DNA of 64,000 bases from an uncultured bacterium (GTDB lineage: Bacteria; Patescibacteriota; Dojkabacteria; J137). Every line of letters begins with the position of its first letter. The first letter of the stretch is position 1. Made by a program: the position numbers and the translations under genes. Under the pieces are notes generated by a model that was not told where the DNA came from, made no database searches, and saw only the letters and a program-made list of their open reading frames with translations. Location of the stretch: the NCBI GenBank assembly GCA_963700155.1, contig OY969472.1, positions 317,511 through 381,510 on the forward strand. The letters are read 5' to 3'. Below, piece after piece: positions 10,275 to 19,154 of the stretch.

Positions 10275-11123
10275 ATGATAATGCAGGATTTTAGCTACGA
10301 GTCCAGATTAGTCAAATATAAAGATAATTATATACAAGCCTATTCTATTGGAAGTGGTGATAAGGTAATCTTCTCTTTCCCAAGTTTTCCACATTCAGGA
10401 TTAACATATCTTCTTTTCTTAAAAGACTATAATCTTACTAAATTTAAATTTATTACTTTCGATCTTCCAGGTTGGATTGGTTATTCAGAAAATGTATTTA
10501 AAAATGGAGACTATGATCTAGAAGTTTGTATAAATATTGCAAAACATATTTTAAAAGAATATTCTGTAAAAAAATTTAATGTTATTGGATATTCTTTTGG
10601 TGGAGCACTTGCATTAAAATTTGCTTATGAGATGGAAGACAGTATTGATAAAATAGTTCTAGTTTCAACCATAATAAATTCAAAAATAATTGCTAATTTA
10701 AATACTGTAAGAGCAGTTAAGCTTCTAAAAAAGATAAATAAGCCTTCTATTTTATTAAGAATAATACATAACAGAGTTAAAAAATTTACAAAATTTATAA
10801 TCGCAGAAGGGATCATGCCTGAAGAACTTCTTTTAAAATATATAGATATGTCACAACATATTAATGCTAGAGTACTGTTAGAATCGATTTTCACGTTGTT
10901 TAATTCCGATTTAACCGAAGTATTATTAAATCTAAAAGATAAAAAAGATTTTCTAATTGTAAATTCAAAAGATGAAGCTTCAATGTTTAGAATACAAGCA
11001 GAATTTTTGAGAAGACATTTAGACAACGAAAAATCTATCTATTTGCATGGTACGCATGATGATTTTTTGCTTAACCCACATAAAGATGTAGTGAAAGAAG
11101 TAATTAATTTCCTAATAAAATAA
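10275..11123 (+). CDS. Alpha/beta hydrolase
   Basis: DLPGW, GYSFGG nucleophile elbow, C-terminal His. Confidence 0.88.
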   Translation: MIMQDFSYESRLVKYKDNYIQAYSIGSGDKVIFSFPSFPHSGLTYLLFLKDYNLTKFKFITFDLPGWIGYSENVFKNGDYDLEVCINIAKHILKEYSVKKFNVIGYSFGGALALKFAYEMEDSIDKIVLVSTIINSKIIANLNTVRAVKLLKKINKPSILLRIIHNRVKKFTKFIIAEGIMPEELLLKYIDMSQHINARVLLESIFTLFNSDLTEVLLNLKDKKDFLIVNSKDEASMFRIQAEFLRRHLDNEKSIYLHGTHDDFLLNPHKDVVKEVINFLIK

Positions 11124-11216
11124 ATTTTTTAATTTTTCTCTTCAACTGTTATTTTCTTGGTGCTACAATTCGGAGTCAATAAAATAATTTTCCTTTAGTT
11201 TTTAAATTTCATAAGA

Positions 11217-11552
11217 ATGGCAACTAATATGCATGACCAGCTTCCTTGTCCTAATGGTGGTTTCCCAGGATTTACCCATCTAGGTTTACAAGATCAAATT
11301 AATCTAGTAACTAGGTTAGGAAGAAGAAATGATACAGTAACAGTAGTTCGAAATATGAGAGATCATATGCCATCAATTGATGATATCAAAGCACAATATT
11401 CCCAGATTAGAAATGAATATACTGAACTTGATAGGTTATTTCATAATGGTTGCACTTTAGAGAAAAAAAGAGCAATAGGAAGAAGAATGCAGGAAATAAA
11501 AGAGTTTTGTGGTGATATTGAAAGCTACTTGGGCAGTTCTTTAGAATCTTAA
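11217..11552 (+). CDS. Hypothetical protein
   Basis: 111-aa ORF followed by a terminator hairpin. Confidence 0.6.
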   Translation: MATNMHDQLPCPNGGFPGFTHLGLQDQINLVTRLGRRNDTVTVVRNMRDHMPSIDDIKAQYSQIRNEYTELDRLFHNGCTLEKKRAIGRRMQEIKEFCGDIESYLGSSLES

Positions 11553-11570
11553 TTTATTCTTTGTAAAACT

Positions 11571-11601
11571 AAAAGGCGGCGACTTAAAGTCGCCGCCTTT
11601 T
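11571..11601. terminator. Bidirectional intrinsic terminator
   Basis: AAAAGGCGGCGACTT-A-AAGTCGCCGCCTTTT between convergent genes. Confidence 0.85.
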
Positions 11602-11619
11602 CAAACTCTATATTGCAAA

Positions 11620-13776
11620 TTACTTATCCTCAGCTCCTAAAATCTTATCCATTAAACCTCTAGGAACTTCTGCATAATGTGAAGGTTCCATATTTGGAGC
11701 TGCAGTTCCTGAAGTAAGATTTCTTAAATCTGAGACATATCCAAATAATTCCGCTAATGGAGCTTCTGCCATAATTTCTTTTGTTTTTCCTCTCTGTATC
11801 AAATTCTTAATAATTCCTCTTTTTGAAGAAAGATAACCTGTTACTGCTCCTACATGCTCTTCTGGAACATTAATTGTTACAGTCATGATAGGCTCTAAAA
11901 GTGCCGGATGAGCAGCTTTCATTAAATTTTTAAATCCATAATAGGCACAGATTCTGAAAGTATCAGTATTTGAGTCAACTTCATGATAAGTTCCATCAAC
12001 AATTTCAACTTCAACATCTACAACAGGATATCCGCCAAGTGGACCTGACACCATTGACTCCTGAACTCCCTTATTTATTGAAGGAATATATTCTCTTGGA
12101 ATTGCACCCCCTTTAATGTGATCAACAAATTCATAACCAGCTCCTCTTTCTCTTGGTCTTATTCTAAAATCAATATCAGCGTATTGTCCTGCTCCTCCTG
12201 ATTGCTTTTTTAATAATTCTCTATGAGCGCCTTCAGTTGTTACAGTTTCTCTGTAAGCAACTTGTGGTTTACCTACATTAACTTCAATTCCATATTCTCT
12301 TTTTAGAATGTCAACTTTAATATCCAAATGAAGTTCTCCCATTCCAGCAATAATAACCTGACCTGTTTCTGGATCAGTTTCTGCTTTAAATGTTGGATCT
12401 TCAGAAACTAATTTCCCTAGTGCTTCAGATAGTTTTTCCTGGTCAGATTTTGTTTTCGGCTCAATTGCAAATTTTACAACTGGTTCTGGGAAGGTAATAC
12501 TTTCAAGAACAATAGGTTTTGATTCGTCACAAATAGTTTGTCCAGTTCTCGTATCCTTAAATCCAACAATAGCTGCAATATCACCAGCTCTAACTTCCTG
12601 AGCTTCTTCTCTATGATTTGCATGCATCATTAAAATTCTACCAACTCTTTCTTTTCCTCCAGTTGAACTATTATAAATATAAGTTCCGGATTGTAACTTT
12701 CCAGAATAAACTCTAAAGAAAGCTAAATTTCCTACATGTGGGTCCACTGCCAATTTAAATACTAATCCGCAGAATGGATCAGTATCATCTAAATGTCTTG
12801 TAATTAATTCCCCTGTTTTTGGATCAGTTCCTGGAATTTCATCTTTATAAACATGTTCTTCTCCGGTTTCTTTGTCAGTTCTTGTAAAAGATTTATCATG
12901 TGGAGATGGAAGATATCTGCATACATTATCAAGCATCGCCTGAACTCCTTTATTTCTTAATGAGGAACCAGCCATAACTGGGAATAACTTTATAGCCATT
13001 GTTGCTTTTCTAATTCCGGCAATTAATTCTTCTGGAGTAATCTCAATACCATCAAGATATTTCATTGCAATATCATCATCTGCATCTGCAACTGCTTCAA
13101 TTAATTTGTTTCTGTATTCTTCTGCTTTTGACTTATATTCTTCAGGTATTTCAATAACTTCTATCTCTTTACCTTCTTCGTCTTTATGTATTCTTGCCTG
13201 CATATGAATAAGATCAATAATTCCATTGAAATCACCTTCTATTCCTACTGGCAATGAAATCGGAACAGCTTTTTCACTCAAATGGTCAACAATACTATTA
13301 TATGATTTATAAAAATCAGCTCCAATATTATCTAGTTTATTAATGTAACAAAGTCTTGGTACTCTGTATTTTTCTGATTGGAACCATACTTTTGAAGATT
13401 GTGGCTCAACACCCATCTTTCCATCAAAAACAACAATTGCTCCATCAAGAACTCTTAAAGATCTTTCAACTTCTGCAGTAAAGTCAACATGACCTGGTGT
13501 ATCAATAATATTAATTCTGTAAATCTGATCATCTAATGTCCAGAATGCCGTTGTAGCAGCTGATTGGATTGTAATCCCTCTCTCTCGTTCTTGTGCCATA
13601 AAGTCCATTTCTGCTGCTCCTTCGTGAACTTCTCCTGTTTTATGTTTTCTTCCTGTGAAGAATAAAATTCTTTCTGTTGTTGTAGTTTTCCCTGCATCAA
13701 CATGTGCAATAATACCTATATTTCTATAGAAATGAGTATCTCTAACCTTTGAATAATCTAAGTGACTCTCGGCCAT
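11620..13776 (-). CDS. fusA: Elongation factor G
   Basis: AHVDAGKTTTTE, ERGITI, DTPGHVDF, NKLD, GMGELHL. Confidence 0.97.
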   Translation of the reverse strand: MAESHLDYSKVRDTHFYRNIGIIAHVDAGKTTTTERILFFTGRKHKTGEVHEGAAEMDFMAQERERGITIQSAATTAFWTLDDQIYRINIIDTPGHVDFTAEVERSLRVLDGAIVVFDGKMGVEPQSSKVWFQSEKYRVPRLCYINKLDNIGADFYKSYNSIVDHLSEKAVPISLPVGIEGDFNGIIDLIHMQARIHKDEEGKEIEVIEIPEEYKSKAEEYRNKLIEAVADADDDIAMKYLDGIEITPEELIAGIRKATMAIKLFPVMAGSSLRNKGVQAMLDNVCRYLPSPHDKSFTRTDKETGEEHVYKDEIPGTDPKTGELITRHLDDTDPFCGLVFKLAVDPHVGNLAFFRVYSGKLQSGTYIYNSSTGGKERVGRILMMHANHREEAQEVRAGDIAAIVGFKDTRTGQTICDESKPIVLESITFPEPVVKFAIEPKTKSDQEKLSEALGKLVSEDPTFKAETDPETGQVIIAGMGELHLDIKVDILKREYGIEVNVGKPQVAYRETVTTEGAHRELLKKQSGGAGQYADIDFRIRPRERGAGYEFVDHIKGGAIPREYIPSINKGVQESMVSGPLGGYPVVDVEVEIVDGTYHEVDSNTDTFRICAYYGFKNLMKAAHPALLEPIMTVTINVPEEHVGAVTGYLSSKRGIIKNLIQRGKTKEIMAEAPLAELFGYVSDLRNLTSGTAAPNMEPSHYAEVPRGLMDKILGAEDK

Positions 13777-13890
13777 ATTCGTTACAAAATTCAGATATAA
13801 AATAAATGATAAAATTGGGATAAAACCTTTTTATTCATGCTTGCGAATTATGCCAGAAAATACAGGAAAAGTCAAAGTGCATTAAGACAT

Positions 13891-14337
13891 TCAAGATTTA
13901 ATAAATGCCTCAACTATTAAAGATTCCGCTTCTTTATCACTAAGACCTTTTGACTGAAGGTAATACATCATTTCCTTGTCTATGTAGCCAATTGTGGCGC
14001 CATGGCCAGCTTTAACAGCTGACTCCTTGATTTCAAGACTTGGAATTGCTCTGGCCATGGCGCCTTCACTCAGCAGTAAACAATCTATTTTCAAGTATGT
14101 ATCTGTATTTATAGCTGATTTTTCAATCCTCAAAATACCTTCAAAGTCAAATTTTGCCTTATCAAAAAGTACTGCTTTAATATTAATCCTTGATTTTATA
14201 TCCGGTTTTCTATGAATAATAACTATTTTGGATTCAGACTTATTTTCTCCTTTCCCAATATATACTGCACTAATTTCACAATTTTCAGAAATCTCAATTT
14301 CTTGAGTTTTAGTTATATCTATCTTGAATTTTTTCAT
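13891..14337 (-). CDS. Minimal SufD/SufB-like beta-helix protein
   Basis: AIPSLEI...VKAGHGATIG..D.EMMYYLQSKGL C-terminal SufBD signature; only 148 aa. Confidence 0.85.
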   Translation of the reverse strand: MKKFKIDITKTQEIEISENCEISAVYIGKGENKSESKIVIIHRKPDIKSRINIKAVLFDKAKFDFEGILRIEKSAINTDTYLKIDCLLLSEGAMARAIPSLEIKESAVKAGHGATIGYIDKEMMYYLQSKGLSDKEAESLIVEAFIKS

Positions 14338-14369
14338 GAAGTTATTATAGCAAGTGAATCAAAGCAAAT

Positions 14370-17300
14370 TTACTGGATTTCTCTGAACGAATAAGATCTA
14401 TCAGCTATATCTGCCGAAAATATAGCGATAAATTTAGGATCATATTTTATTACAACACCTGGATCTGTTAAATTTGCTTGATAATTCAAATCTCTATGTA
14501 AATTTAAAGTTTTAGCTACTACTCCACCTAGGATATAAAGTCCCTGATATTTATAAGATGAACCCAATAAATTATTTGTATTACTTGAGAACGTACCATC
14601 TGTAACTAAATATGCATCAACTATTTCATAATTTGGTGGAGTTGATGAACTAACTGATATGTAAGGGGACTTAACCGACACAGAGGTAACTGAAATATTT
14701 CCCTTTATGACAAACATACATGCCGAGCTATCTGTATCATTTTTTAATTCTGGATTTATTGTGAGATTCCCTCCCACAAGAATTATTGCTTTAACATCAC
14801 AAGTCGAGGCTCCTAACGACAAATCACCACTTTGTTCTAGAATTGTTTTACTTCCTGGAGAGACGCCAATTAAAGTGGAAATCTTTCCTCCGAATCCCAT
14901 ATTCCCGGTTTTTTTTACTATAGTAGTAGCTTTATTCTTTTCTACTCTATCTTTTACCAAGTCATACCATTTAGTAAAATTTGTTGTTTTCGATGGTGCA
15001 ACAGACTCATCAATGTAGTTTATTGCATAAGTATCAGATTTTGAAATTCTTAGAGATGGGATTGCTGGTGTGCCACTCACAACCGAAAAAGTTGCTAAAT
15101 ATGGAGTTCCTGTATCGCCTCCAACAATTGATCCAGAACCAGAAAAATCGGCTACTATTTGATCGCTACTTTTTACATAATTATAAAACTGTACATTATC
15201 TAATGCTCCTGTAAATGCAACAGACCCATTTACTCCGATACAAGGATTTGTAGCCATAACAAAGTTTGCTGTATTACCTAGATTCGTAACTCCACCAGTA
15301 CTTCCAGATCCTTTTAACACCGAATCAACGTACATCGATATACTTGGGCCCGATCTAGTTATTGTAATAAAATGCCAATTATTATCATTTATCTGCTGAC
15401 TGGTTGACACTCCTTTATAATTTGTTCCGGATGCATCCTGATCCAACTCCATACTTATATATCCATTTCCATAAATCAAATTCCAAAAGCTAGCATGTGT
15501 ACATACCAATCGCTTTGAAATAATATAAGATGTTGCAGCACTATTCGTCTTTATCCAAAACTCAATACTAAAATCTCTCGTTCCAAAATTACCAATACTT
15601 GAGTTAGTACTAACACTATTACTACCATTAAAATTACCTGCAGTACCTTCTACCCCAGATACCCAAGAAGTTCCAGTTCCACTAAAAGTTCCATTATTTC
15701 CTCCACTGCTGTCACTAACAGTTGTACCAGTACCCTCATTGAATTTCCAATTTGCTATTGGAAGACCTTTTGAATAACTATACGCAACTTCACTTGCAGA
15801 TCTTGCATAATTGTATATTTCTGCTTCATCAATACTTCCATTTAATGGGTAACTTGCATCACCTCCAATATAAAAAGTTTTATTAGCTGTTGCATACCAA
15901 TTACCTACAAAATTTTGTTGAGATAATAAAACTCCATCTCGATAGAAATAAGCATATGCTCCATCATATACAACTGCATATTGGTGCCATAATCCATCAA
16001 ATTGAATAGCATTTACAGAAACCACATTTCCACCAAATACTGCAAATCTAAACGAACTTCCTATATATTCAACTGCCAAACCACCAGCTGAAGGAACTTC
16101 TAATAATCTACTTGTATGTGATACAGAGGACTTTAACCAGAAAACCACTGATAGTTTACTTGATGAATTAAAATTTAATGTTGAGCCGGATGTATATGAT
16201 AAAGTTGCACCAGCGCCGCTTCCATTTTTTGTAAATGCATTACCATAACGACCTGTTGAGAATGATCCAGATGAAATAGTAGCAGTATAACCACTATTAC
16301 TTGAATCACTAATTATTGAACCAGAACTCTCATCAAATTTCCAATATGCAATTGGAGCAGTCCCAATATCACCTGGAATTGTTCCATTTCCATAGGTAGA
16401 TTGATAAGTTCCTGTAAAAGGAACAGTAAAACTTGGGTTGTCAGGAATATTCACACTAAACCCCTGATTTGCAGAGATATTCCCTTGATATGCGTACAAC
16501 CAAGGTGTAGGTTGAGAGACATCTTTGTTAACGCTAGCATAGTTACATGCTGAATCCATTCCATCAAGCCTGAAATTAAAAGTATTACCTTGAGATGTAC
16601 TTGTATCGCTATAATTTCTTGTTGGAGCTGTTAAATAGTTACCCAAATTTACACTTCCTCTATGGGTATTTGGTGCAAAATTAAATTGGAGATCTTGCCC
16701 AATAGTATTATCTCTTAAGCCCCCTGTACTATCGGGGCGAGTGATATAGTTAACTACATCAGATAAAGTCCCGTTATCACTCGCCCCATATGTAACATTT
16801 AAAGTCTGGTTTGAATTATAAGATGGGCCAGTTATTGTTAAAGTTGGATTTGTTGTATCAATTGTCCAAGTATCAAGTTTTTTAAACATGAAATTATTTG
16901 AGCCAGTAGCATAAGAACTTACCTCAGTCCCATCAGAATTTCTCATATAAACCGTTCCATATACATTATAGGTACCACTAGGGAATGTGTTCTCGAACCT
17001 AATTTTATAAATTGATGTACTTGAATTACCTGATACAGTCATCTTTGAACTTACACCAACATCTATAAGTTTTCCAGTTCCATTCTCATTAGTCTCATCA
17101 CCACTTGAAATAATTGGAGCAAAAGTTACACCATCATTTTTTAGTGTTGCTCCTTGACCACCTGGATTTAAATCTACAGCTATAGCTTTGCTATTTGCAG
17201 ATTTCTGAAACAAAGTGCCTGCATCTATATAGGTATTATTTTCAGAATAAGTTCCTGTTGTTGGAACGAAAACTAAAAAGCTTCCAAGGAATTGATCAGA

Positions 17301-18188
17301 TTCAGTATCTTGATAAGTAACTGAATATGTTATTGGATTCTCTGTTAACCCACTTGAATTATCCCACCTTCCAGAAATACCACTTGATAAAGAACATGTA
17401 TCAGCTTGTGTAAATGAATGCGAAGTTTCAGTTGGAGTACTATTTATAGTGAAATTCCAAACTGCTGAATTGGCATTATTTGAGCCATTAGTTTTTTGAA
17501 CAAACCAACAATAAGTTGTCCCCCAATTTAATCCACTCGCTGTTGTTGAAAGTGTGCCTTGAGGTAACGTTGCATACTGTGTATAAGTTCCAGTACAACT
17601 CGCACTTAAAAATACTTTATATTGGTTACTTTGTGGACATCCTGTACCCCATCCTGTTGCATCAGTCCAACTTAAATTTACCGAATTATTTGGAATAGCT
17701 GAACCAGTTGATGGAGAGCTTAACGTTGCTGCTCCAGGGTTTGTTGATGTACAACAAGACTGAGTGTTGCACGATCTTGTACCTCCACATGCATTGGTCT
17801 GCGTTCCACCTCCACAAGCAACTGAGCACGAACCCCAGCTATTAGAATCACAGCATGCTTGAGTATTACAATACCTAGAATGTCCACATCCATCATATTG
17901 AATTCCTGTTCCACATGATGCAGAACACGAACCCCAGTTTGGAGTACAAGTTGGAGGTGGAGGACAGCTTCCGCATGTATGACTTCCATCAGGACAAGTT
18001 ATCGGGACTTGGCATGTACCTGAAAAAGATGGAGAACAATAATAAATTCTTGTACATAAAGAATCTGAACAAACAACACAACCAGCTCCATTTCCACAAC
18101 ACTGAGTTGCTGCATCTACATTCTTAGAGTACAAAACTCCCAATATAAAAAAACTTAAAACAATAAAGAAAAAAATATATTTTTTCAT
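14370..18188 (-). CDS. Large secreted Cys-rich surface protein: two mini-TSP1 repeats, Fn3/Ig-like domains, two LamG domains, C-terminal beta-rich domain
   Basis: Signal peptide; WGSCSxxCG repeats; AYWKFDE/ANWKFNE...WH...G.ID/LD LamG motifs. Confidence 0.8.
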   Translation of the reverse strand: MKKYIFFFIVLSFFILGVLYSKNVDAATQCCGNGAGCVVCSDSLCTRIYYCSPSFSGTCQVPITCPDGSHTCGSCPPPPTCTPNWGSCSASCGTGIQYDGCGHSRYCNTQACCDSNSWGSCSVACGGGTQTNACGGTRSCNTQSCCTSTNPGAATLSSPSTGSAIPNNSVNLSWTDATGWGTGCPQSNQYKVFLSASCTGTYTQYATLPQGTLSTTASGLNWGTTYCWFVQKTNGSNNANSAVWNFTINSTPTETSHSFTQADTCSLSSGISGRWDNSSGLTENPITYSVTYQDTESDQFLGSFLVFVPTTGTYSENNTYIDAGTLFQKSANSKAIAVDLNPGGQGATLKNDGVTFAPIISSGDETNENGTGKLIDVGVSSKMTVSGNSSTSIYKIRFENTFPSGTYNVYGTVYMRNSDGTEVSSYATGSNNFMFKKLDTWTIDTTNPTLTITGPSYNSNQTLNVTYGASDNGTLSDVVNYITRPDSTGGLRDNTIGQDLQFNFAPNTHRGSVNLGNYLTAPTRNYSDTSTSQGNTFNFRLDGMDSACNYASVNKDVSQPTPWLYAYQGNISANQGFSVNIPDNPSFTVPFTGTYQSTYGNGTIPGDIGTAPIAYWKFDESSGSIISDSSNSGYTATISSGSFSTGRYGNAFTKNGSGAGATLSYTSGSTLNFNSSSKLSVVFWLKSSVSHTSRLLEVPSAGGLAVEYIGSSFRFAVFGGNVVSVNAIQFDGLWHQYAVVYDGAYAYFYRDGVLLSQQNFVGNWYATANKTFYIGGDASYPLNGSIDEAEIYNYARSASEVAYSYSKGLPIANWKFNEGTGTTVSDSSGGNNGTFSGTGTSWVSGVEGTAGNFNGSNSVSTNSSIGNFGTRDFSIEFWIKTNSAATSYIISKRLVCTHASFWNLIYGNGYISMELDQDASGTNYKGVSTSQQINDNNWHFITITRSGPSISMYVDSVLKGSGSTGGVTNLGNTANFVMATNPCIGVNGSVAFTGALDNVQFYNYVKSSDQIVADFSGSGSIVGGDTGTPYLATFSVVSGTPAIPSLRISKSDTYAINYIDESVAPSKTTNFTKWYDLVKDRVEKNKATTIVKKTGNMGFGGKISTLIGVSPGSKTILEQSGDLSLGASTCDVKAIILVGGNLTINPELKNDTDSSACMFVIKGNISVTSVSVKSPYISVSSSTPPNYEIVDAYLVTDGTFSSNTNNLLGSSYKYQGLYILGGVVAKTLNLHRDLNYQANLTDPGVVIKYDPKFIAIFSADIADRSYSFREIQ

Positions 18189-18189
18189 A

Positions 18190-18651
18190 TTATATAGAAT
18201 TTAAACATTCCAATCTATCAAATGGGTATTTGATAAAATTTGATAAACCCCCATATGAATTATCCAATTTATCTGAATAACTCGGATTATTAATATAAAT
18301 TGCTAAAACCTTACAATCTCGAGGGGGCAATAAGTTACTGGTCTCACCTTCATTAATATGACTCCATTCCCCTAACATAGTTTCAAGATTAGTTTTTTCA
18401 AATGAATTTAATGGCAACTTAACCTCATCTTTTGCACTGTTAAATATAGAAAGATAACGATCATTAATATCTTCCAAGTGTAAGGTATAACTAAATTTTG
18501 AAGTATTTAGATAGTAAACCGTGAAATTATCTCCAGGAAAAGAATGTCCTGATAAGTCATCTTCTTTTTCTATATTAAAAAGAAGGTACCCACCGACAAA
18601 TATTAAAATTCCAACAATTAATAAAATAGATGCAAAAATTATTTTTCTCAC
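18190..18651 (-). CDS. Small N-anchored membrane protein (cassette gene B, copy 1)
   Basis: N-terminal TM; GTG start overlaps the upstream TGA; similar to 21617..22006. Confidence 0.7.
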   Translation of the reverse strand: MRKIIFASILLIVGILIFVGGYLLFNIEKEDDLSGHSFPGDNFTVYYLNTSKFSYTLHLEDINDRYLSIFNSAKDEVKLPLNSFEKTNLETMLGEWSHINEGETSNLLPPRDCKVLAIYINNPSYSDKLDNSYGGLSNFIKYPFDRLECLNSI

Positions 18652-19100
18652 TTTAAATACAAATTAATATTATATGAATAAGTCCCTTGAAAATAGTAAC
18701 TAACAATACTAATATCATATGAACTTCCTGATTGTAGATAGCTACTAAGTTGCTGTTTATCTATAGTTGAATAACTATAATCAGGTTGAAAGATACCAAC
18801 TTTATTAGCAATTTCTGTAAACGGTATATCAACATTTACATCATTCTCTCTAAAATTTATAACAAAAAAGATACGGTCACTATTTACAACAGAATTTTTC
18901 AACGTTCCTAATATACTTCCTGAATTACCGACAGCATGTACATTAACATTATTAGAAACCAACCACTCACTGCTACTATACATGTCATTCCCCCAATAAT
19001 TTATTTTATTATTGTAGTCAGAGTATCTATATATACAAAAAACAACAGCAATTAGAAACGTTATTATTGAAAATATCAAAAAAAGATTTTTTTTCATCAA
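18648..19100 (-). CDS. Small N-anchored membrane protein (cassette gene A, copy 1)
   Basis: N-terminal TM; weak similarity to 22011..22517. Confidence 0.7.
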   Translation of the reverse strand: MMKKNLFLIFSIITFLIAVVFCIYRYSDYNNKINYWGNDMYSSSEWLVSNNVNVHAVGNSGSILGTLKNSVVNSDRIFFVINFRENDVNVDIPFTEIANKVGIFQPDYSYSTIDKQQLSSYLQSGSSYDISIVSYYFQGTYSYNINLYLK

Positions 19101-19154
19101 AAAATATTAATACTACTTAATCTATCATATGAGTCTATCAAGGTAAACTTAAAA

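Noticed and set aside
7305-11552. Genomic island integrated at tRNA-Leu
   Set aside because: No integrase and no duplicated tRNA 3' end were found in the window.
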